DNA from: a virus
Taxonomy: Duplodnaviria; Caudoviricetes
Length of the DNA stretch: 58,353 nt
IMG/VR virus record: IMGVR_UViG_3300032245_000439
Coordinates: 1 to 58,353 of that record
Direction: 5' to 3' (one strand)
Shown here: one piece after another, positions 52,780 to 58,353 of the stretch
How the letters are laid out: each line of letters starts with the position of its first letter
Numbering within the stretch: the stretch's first letter is position 1
Program-made: the position numbers and the translations under genes
Notes under the pieces: generated by a model
Database searches by the model: none
What the model was told of the DNA's origin: nothing
What the model saw: the letters and a program-made list of their open reading frames with translations, nothing else

Positions 52780-54854
52780 CAGTATTTTCCATCTTCTTGA
52801 ATGCGATAACGCATGTTGCCGATACGCCAGAACGAGCCAAGATCTTCACTGTCAATCTTGATCGACACCAAACGTCCACGAAAACGCGGCGTGATGTAGG
52901 TTGTCGTGTCTGTCAAATTATATGGGCCATATTCATATGGCGTCGCGCCGGGGTAATCAGTTGCATAGAACGTCAACTGAACAGTCGCGTTCTGCGTGCC
53001 GCCAAAATATCCCCACTTCATGTCAGGCCAAACCTGATCAATAAACATTTTCACATTTGCTTCAGTCAAGGCAAAATAACCAGTCTGGAAGCTCGCCATG
53101 ATTGGTTCGGGCTCATTGGCAGCATTCACAGCGTCAGTTGATGTTTCATGTTGAATGATGAAGTTGCCTGTACCGCCAGGCAAAACACCAGCGCCAATCG
53201 GCGGCCCAAGCACGCTCTCATTAATCCAAGCCGTGCGAGACAGCGTGCCGTAATCCCACTGCTTCAGGCCAATGTTATATTTCACATAGGCATTGATCTC
53301 GCCGCCATTGCTCTTGGTTGGATAGAACCAAGAGATTTCATTGAAGCGAGAATTTGGTGCGACACGGATCTTGTCGAGATTATTGGTGTCGAGGTCTTGG
53401 AAGATCACATCCCAAATAGGGCACATGATCGGCTCGACGCCAGAACCTGAAAACAGATAAAATTGGCTCTGGCCCATCCAATAGACGGTGCCACCCATAG
53501 AGGCGGCAGCCTTGCGGCCAATCAAGCCGCAGCCCGTGCCAATTTCGTTGAACTGGTAGACGTATGGCTGCCCGACGTATTGCATTGCCCACAGGCCAAG
53601 GTCAGTCCAAAGCAAACCCTGCTGCGGACCTTGAATGCCCTGAATGATGCGAGAACCCTTCGGGATGCGATATGATCCAGCCTGATTGGTGATCTGCCCA
53701 ATCCAAGAATTGTAATTATCGACATCGCACCAGCGGATGAGAAGTGGGTCGGCGATACCAGTAAATGTTGATCCCCAAGCAATAATTTGACGCTGAGGCA
53801 TCGCAACAAATGCGCCGCTGTTAACGATTGGAGCTTGAGGAATAATTGTCGCGATTGGGTTATTTGTAGTCGGAGACCACTCATAAATTGGACCGTTAAG
53901 CGGGCAGGCGATTAGCGTCTCGCCCCAGTTGTCCAGCGTCCAATCAATTGCCGTGATAGGCGTGCCAGTGCCAGAAGACGGCGGAATGCCTGAGCCGTAC
54001 CCACCGACGCCATATCCACCGACGCCGTAACCAGAATTGGCGGCAAGAGGACCAACGCCATTGTAATAGACAAAGCGGGCGTTGCCGCCGTTCTCGCTGC
54101 CTGTTGTCGAGGATGACGCAACTGTTGAGGCGTTGATAACGAAGACGCTCGAAGACGTTACTGACTTGACTATGTAATTGCCAAAGAGCCTCACGCCGCC
54201 GACTGTCGTCGAGACAAGAATAGGGAAAGTGCTTCCAGCTACAAGACCGTGATTTGCAAGCGTGACGTTTACGAGAGCAGACCCGTTTGTAGTAGCAAAA
54301 GAAGAAACAGCGCCTCCGCCAGTAACAGTCGAAGTAGCATAAACAGGGTCGCCCAAAACATCTTTTGCGGCAATTTGGAACTGGTTTGTGCTGACCGGAA
54401 TGACGGGATAAACGCCAAACAACACAAGGCCGCCAACACTGACTTGAGTTTGGATGTCCACGGCGTCGTAAAGATCGAGCCCGCTCCCGCTTGCGTCGAT
54501 AGTTACAATATCACTTCCGCTCGTGGTTGAGAAAGAAACAGCGACATTTACCGTCGTCGTCTGAGGTGTGATGGTCTTTAGACCACCTTGAGTGATGACA
54601 CCAAGGAGGGCCTCGGCCCCCACTGCCAGCCAAGCATTGGCATTGATGTCTTCCCACGCCCAAAGACAACGGACGACGCTGCCGATCGGATTGGTAAAGA
54701 ACTGGGTCCAGCCCCCAAGCTTTTGCACGAGGCCGAGATTGTTTCGGTCAGGCACAAAGCGAATAAGGTTCGAGTACGAGATCGCCGCCTCGTTGAGGGT
54801 TGGCGTCTTATTCTGATCGACACCAGCAATGAGTTTAAGGGCCTGATGAGGCAT
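52779..54854 (-). CDS. Tail nozzle / DNA stabilisation protein (P22 gp10 / tubular protein B-like)
   Basis: 691 aa beta-rich; WTLDNWGE.L, IRWCD, YWMG...F, FNEISWFYP, RTAW and RFRGR...WRIG motifs. Confidence 0.75.
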   Translation of the reverse strand: MPHQALKLIAGVDQNKTPTLNEAAISYSNLIRFVPDRNNLGLVQKLGGWTQFFTNPIGSVVRCLWAWEDINANAWLAVGAEALLGVITQGGLKTITPQTTTVNVAVSFSTTSGSDIVTIDASGSGLDLYDAVDIQTQVSVGGLVLFGVYPVIPVSTNQFQIAAKDVLGDPVYATSTVTGGGAVSSFATTNGSALVNVTLANHGLVAGSTFPILVSTTVGGVRLFGNYIVKSVTSSSVFVINASTVASSSTTGSENGGNARFVYYNGVGPLAANSGYGVGGYGVGGYGSGIPPSSGTGTPITAIDWTLDNWGETLIACPLNGPIYEWSPTTNNPIATIIPQAPIVNSGAFVAMPQRQIIAWGSTFTGIADPLLIRWCDVDNYNSWIGQITNQAGSYRIPKGSRIIQGIQGPQQGLLWTDLGLWAMQYVGQPYVYQFNEIGTGCGLIGRKAAASMGGTVYWMGQSQFYLFSGSGVEPIMCPIWDVIFQDLDTNNLDKIRVAPNSRFNEISWFYPTKSNGGEINAYVKYNIGLKQWDYGTLSRTAWINESVLGPPIGAGVLPGGTGNFIIQHETSTDAVNAANEPEPIMASFQTGYFALTEANVKMFIDQVWPDMKWGYFGGTQNATVQLTFYATDYPGATPYEYGPYNLTDTTTYITPRFRGRLVSIKIDSEDLGSFWRIGNMRYRIQEDGKY

Positions 54855-54857
54855 ATT

Positions 54858-55649
54858 TTACCTCGTCGGCGTTGCGACAGTTGCGGGTGATTGGGAAGAC
54901 CAGCCCGCCGCGTCAAACTTCTTGCGAGCTTCTTCGACGACTGCGCTCTTCAGGAGGGCCTGATATTGGCTCTCATAAGTGATTGCCATCTGCGGGTCGT
55001 CATTGGCGCGGCCAAAGTTGCGCTGGTAGGCGCTGATGTAGATCATGGAGGACATGATAAACAAGTCGGGCAGGTAGAGGCTGATGAATGTCGTCAGGTT
55101 CGTGGCCGACAGGCTGTTCGGGCGGTAGGTGCCGACGACTTCAACCGGATATGCCTGATCAGGCACGGGACCAACAAAGAAAAGGGTTTCGTTGAACGGC
55201 ACAAAATACTGTGGCTTGCCACGATTGGCTGACAGGGAAGACCCGTATACTGCGTCGAGAAACTCTTTTGTCGTCGGCAGCAAGGGCGTCCTCACGCAGG
55301 CGTCAGGGTTCGTCGTCGAGGCGGCGTTGCCATTCGCGTCGGTCAGGAGGTTGATTTGCTCACTGACAACAAAAGTTCCTGTGGCGGCATCGCTGTTCGC
55401 CGACAGGTTAATGTTGAATGACAAGTTCCTGTTGCCGGGTGTGAGCACAAAGCTGACGCCGTGCAGGGACGTGGACGTGAACATGAAGTCGATGTCACGA
55501 TACATCCGGTTTTCGGCGTAGGTGATCATCTGCGGCAGGATCGTCAGGAATGCTGGATCAGTCTCCTCGACGACCGCCATCGTGGCAATCTGGGTCACGT
55601 AGCTGGTCGTGCCAGACACTGAACCATTGTATGAGAGACCTGCCGTCAT
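54858..55649 (-). CDS. Putative head-tail adaptor/connector protein
   Basis: 263 aa; I.YAENRMYRD, G.PQYF, GPVPDQAY.VE, PDL...S and YESQYQ motifs. Confidence 0.7.
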   Translation of the reverse strand: MTAGLSYNGSVSGTTSYVTQIATMAVVEETDPAFLTILPQMITYAENRMYRDIDFMFTSTSLHGVSFVLTPGNRNLSFNINLSANSDAATGTFVVSEQINLLTDANGNAASTTNPDACVRTPLLPTTKEFLDAVYGSSLSANRGKPQYFVPFNETLFFVGPVPDQAYPVEVVGTYRPNSLSATNLTTFISLYLPDLFIMSSMIYISAYQRNFGRANDDPQMAITYESQYQALLKSAVVEEARKKFDAAGWSSQSPATVATPTR

Positions 55650-55683
55650 GATCGAACTCCGCTATCGCCCTTTTATAGCACGA

Positions 55684-56277
55684 TTAAGCAAATTTCGCAT
55701 ACGCGGCAGCCAACTTCTCATCGTACTGATTTTTAGCGTACTGAGGGCCATTGTAGCCCTTTGCGAAGCCTGCCCAATTTTTTGCAACAAGTTCGTCCTG
55801 AAGGCCTGACTTGCGGATAAAAGAAGCCATTTGACGGATTTGTCCGGCCTCGCTCTCACAAGCCTCTGAAACCATTTCGTGGACTGAATTGCATCCAGCC
55901 AGCTTGTAATTTGAGCCCATGATTTGGCCCAAGCCCCACGAAGTAGAGAGCAGAGCTGCCTCTTCGTCGATTGCGCAAGCGCGCTCAATTTCTGCGTAAA
56001 CTGCATCGGAACCTTTCGGATAGGGCTTCGTGCCCCACTTTGGATAGGCCAGCCCCTCAGCTTCGGCATTGGCCTGAAGCCCGGGTGCGTCCTTCAGGTG
56101 CTTATAGAAATGATGACGCTCAAAGAGAGCCTTTGGGCGGCCAGCCTTATCGAAGCCGGATCCTGCCGCCTCAACCGTAATGACGGCGCGAAAGGCTGCG
56201 GGCTCTACGCCGAGGTCCGCCGCGATTTGGTCAATTTCAGACGGCTCAAGTTTACGCGCTGCGCCTTTGAAATCCAT
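55684..56277 (-). CDS. Endolysin, N-acetylmuramidase (DUF3380) family
   Basis: AV..VE..G.GF...GRPK.LFERH.F, STSWGLGQIMG.NY, W..FA..YNGP.YA.N.YD.KL. Confidence 0.92.
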   Translation of the reverse strand: MDFKGAARKLEPSEIDQIAADLGVEPAAFRAVITVEAAGSGFDKAGRPKALFERHHFYKHLKDAPGLQANAEAEGLAYPKWGTKPYPKGSDAVYAEIERACAIDEEAALLSTSWGLGQIMGSNYKLAGCNSVHEMVSEACESEAGQIRQMASFIRKSGLQDELVAKNWAGFAKGYNGPQYAKNQYDEKLAAAYAKFA

Positions 56278-56278
56278 T

Positions 56279-56800
56279 TTACTTTTCCTTGGTTGCCATG
56301 AGGTCCGTCTTGGCCTTTGAGCCAGAAGATGAACCGAAATAATAGGCGATCACGCCCGTGAAAGCTGTCTGCAACGCGCCAAGCATCAACAGCAACGCCT
56401 CATTGCCGTTCTTGGGGACGCCGTAGACGAACATCCAGAACAGGCAGCCAAAGAAGCCGACGGTGATCCCCACAGCCAAAATCTTCGGCATGTGGTCCTT
56501 AATCTCCATTTCGCGCTTGCGGGCGCTGTCACGGTCGCCAGCGGAGATGCGTTCAAGGTCGATCTCCAACTCTGCCATGCGGACCTTAAAGTCGGCGTCG
56601 ATCTGTTTAATAGCGGCCAACTGGTCGGGCGTGGCATTCTGCATGGCTTTAGCGACATCGGCTTCAGTGCCTTCCTCGTTGCCAAGCAGCACGTTTGACA
56701 GAGTTTTGACAGCAAGCCCCGCCAGAGGACCGCCCATCGCGGTCGCCAATGTCGGTGCAACCTGACCCAGAAGGGGGCCAACAGCCTTTAGCAAATCCAT
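56279..56800 (-). CDS. Holin (GTA-type 3TM-like)
   Basis: APTLATAMGGPLAG, DRDSARKRE, two C-terminal TM helices, YYFGSS.GS; directly upstream of the endolysin. Confidence 0.78.
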   Translation of the reverse strand: MDLLKAVGPLLGQVAPTLATAMGGPLAGLAVKTLSNVLLGNEEGTEADVAKAMQNATPDQLAAIKQIDADFKVRMAELEIDLERISAGDRDSARKREMEIKDHMPKILAVGITVGFFGCLFWMFVYGVPKNGNEALLLMLGALQTAFTGVIAYYFGSSSGSKAKTDLMATKEK

Positions 56801-56801
56801 C

Positions 56802-57011
56802 TTATCCCCCTATGTTCGCCGGAATACACGCGCCACGAATTGCGAGATTATACGCATACCCTCGCTTATGAGTTTCTTTGAGATCGACCAAAGCTCTTTG
56901 ACACGTTGCATCATCTGGCATCACCGTTATGGGCATGAAGTAAATGACGCCAGCCGTCTGAACGTCGAACATCCATGCAATCAAGACCACCTTTAAGGTG
57001 ATCGGGTCCAT
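56802..57011 (-). CDS. Hypothetical protein (possibly exported, two Cys)
   Basis: 69 aa, TGATG coupling. Confidence 0.6.
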   Translation of the reverse strand: MDPITLKVVLIAWMFDVQTAGVIYFMPITVMPDDATCQRALVDLKETHKRGYAYNLAIRGACIPANIGG

Positions 57012-57232
57012 CACTTGTCAGCCTTTGCGTCCAGCTTGTCAAAAATCTGCTTTAAGATGGCCTTCACTTCGCTGATGTCGGAGCGATAGTCGTCTTTCGC
57101 GACATAATCCTTTGGCAAATCAGCGATGCGATCTTCCATCTTTTGGATTTTGCGGGTCGTGGAATTAAACACAAATACCGCAAGAAACCCTGCGATTGAA
57201 ACGACCACATTGAAGAGCTGCTGGTTGTCCAT
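57011..57232 (-). CDS. Small membrane-anchored coiled-coil protein
   Basis: N-terminal TM, then LPKDYVAKDDY..DI.E.K..L..IFDKLD.KADK. Confidence 0.75.
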   Translation of the reverse strand: MDNQQLFNVVVSIAGFLAVFVFNSTTRKIQKMEDRIADLPKDYVAKDDYRSDISEVKAILKQIFDKLDAKADK

Positions 57233-57420
57233 TACTGAACCACTTCCTCAGTTACTTCGGCCACGATAGCATCTTTTGTTTCAGCAACGGCCTGATCGCC
57301 TTGAGCCTTGATAGCTGAAATAATCTCGTTCACTTCTGCAAACGGGCGCTGGCCCAAAGCATTAAGAACCAAGTTCCATTGGCTCAAAGTGAGCGTGATA
57401 TTGATTGCCAAGTTTTCCAT
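57232..57420 (-). CDS. Conserved small phage protein
   Basis: LTL...N.VL.ALG.RPFAEV..II..IK.Q; GAGGGG SD. Confidence 0.75.
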   Translation of the reverse strand: MENLAINITLTLSQWNLVLNALGQRPFAEVNEIISAIKAQGDQAVAETKDAIVAEVTEEVVQ

Positions 57421-57429
57421 GTTTCCCCT

Positions 57430-58353
57430 CTAATACTCAGAAATTCGACGGAGAATTTTCGGTCCCGTCGATGTCATGGACTTTACTATTTCCTGCGTCT
57501 CATTCCAAGATAGCGGAGACGGAATGACACCTATTTTGGCAGCATCGGCCTGATATTCTGGGCTAGAAACAGTTCGGTCGAACAAAGAACGAAGCTGAGA
57601 CAACTTTTCTTCTGGAACGCTGGGAGGTGCAGAAAAAGCTCGGCCAAGAACCAAAACACGCTCAAATGCGGCAATTAATTCTCTGTCTTCTTCAGAAGAA
57701 GAAAGCTCCGTAACAGTGACAACAGATGGCAAATTGGGGTGCCGATTTATGCCCGCACCGTATTGAACCATCGGTAAAATAGAGCTGTCTTTAAGCCAAG
57801 CGGGAGAAGTGGTGCGAATGCCAATTAAGTTATAGGCGACAAGGTTAATTTCGCCTTTCTCAAAAGCCATCTTTACTTGACCGGACTCTGCATAGCCCAC
57901 AACTTCACGCATATCCCACCGCAAGATGCTATTAACGAGTTTGATATGATTGGTCGCAAAGCCGCCTTCAGATCCAGCAATAAGCGGGCCTGAACCAGCT
58001 TTAGACCAGAGCACAAACGGCTCTTTACGGCCATCAACTACCGATCCCAGCCAACCAAACTTGGACAGGTCATATTTGACTTCATCGTTTTTAATGAGCC
58101 CCTGCGTCAAGACTTTGGTGTTGATCGTTCCGATCTCAGAACCGTCTTTTGGCGCAACATTGTACAAGTAATTAGCCGCAGCAATGCCAGCGGCACCCGG
58201 CACTATCTTGATGGAGACCGTTTGGCCCGTCGTATATTTTTGCAGATGTTGAGCAAAAACACGGGCATGGATTGTAAACCCGCCCGTGCTTGTATGCGTC
58301 ACGATCTTTAGATCGTTTGCGCTTGCCGCAGTAGATAACGCTACTAACGCTAT
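57430..58353 (-). CDS. Tripartite tricarboxylate transporter substrate-binding protein (TctC/Bug family), 5' truncated
   Basis: GG....ARVFAQHL.K, VPGAAG..AANYLYNVAPKDG, GY......AFEKGE and APP.VPEE...LR..F motifs; frame open to the window end (IALVALSTAASA-ND, signal-peptide-like). Confidence 0.85.
   Translation of the reverse strand: MALVALSTAASANDLKIVTHTSTGGFTIHARVFAQHLQKYTTGQTVSIKIVPGAAGIAAANYLYNVAPKDGSEIGTINTKVLTQGLIKNDEVKYDLSKFGWLGSVVDGRKEPFVLWSKAGSGPLIAGSEGGFATNHIKLVNSILRWDMREVVGYAESGQVKMAFEKGEINLVAYNLIGIRTTSPAWLKDSSILPMVQYGAGINRHPNLPSVVTVTELSSSEEDRELIAAFERVLVLGRAFSAPPSVPEEKLSQLRSLFDRTVSSPEYQADAAKIGVIPSPLSWNETQEIVKSMTSTGPKILRRISEY

Noticed and set aside
1-58353. Integrase, att sites, tRNA genes, DNA polymerase A/B
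   Set aside because: No tyrosine/serine recombinase or polymerase motifs were seen in any ORF and no cloverleaf was noticed in the short intergenic regions; tRNAscan-SE and HMM searches are needed for certainty.

Overview
Near-complete ~58 kb genome of a tailed dsDNA phage (Caudoviricetes). The architecture is podovirus/P22-like: P22-type portal, adaptor/nozzle proteins and large internal virion proteins, with no tape measure or sheath gene recognised. The host is most likely an alphaproteobacterium, because the phage encodes GapR/DUF2312-like and GcrA-like proteins. The window looks circularly permuted. One minus-strand late region runs from 26653 to 1 (terminase, portal, polyvalent cargo protein, GroES, scaffold, capsid, fibres) and appears to resume at 58353, running to 42910 (TctC-like solute-binding protein, lysis genes, tail core, ejection proteins). 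Between these blocks lie small plus-strand early genes (26856-28817), a minus-strand replication/accessory block (Cro-like HTH, RuvC, primase-polymerase/helicase, TAGT-like glycosyltransferase, metallophosphoesterase) and a plus-strand block (PD-(D/E)XK nuclease, SSB, DUF6378, DnaA-C, GcrA). No integrase, DNA polymerase A/B, tRNA, CRISPR array or reverse transcriptase was recognised. The most notable signals are: (i) virion-associated proteins punctuated by a shared basic-x-x-GG / RxHHAxG motif that marks domain boundaries, plus two internal self-cleaving S74 modules, suggesting a polyprotein cargo-processing system; (ii) three host cell-cycle/nucleoid regulator mimics together with a helically phased DnaA-box array; (iii) several structured RNA leaders in the head operon; (iv) a conserved ATGGAGATCGANATG translation leader; (v) TctC-like and PP-loop genes at the two window ends. 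All product calls come from motif recognition by eye; no database searches were run.
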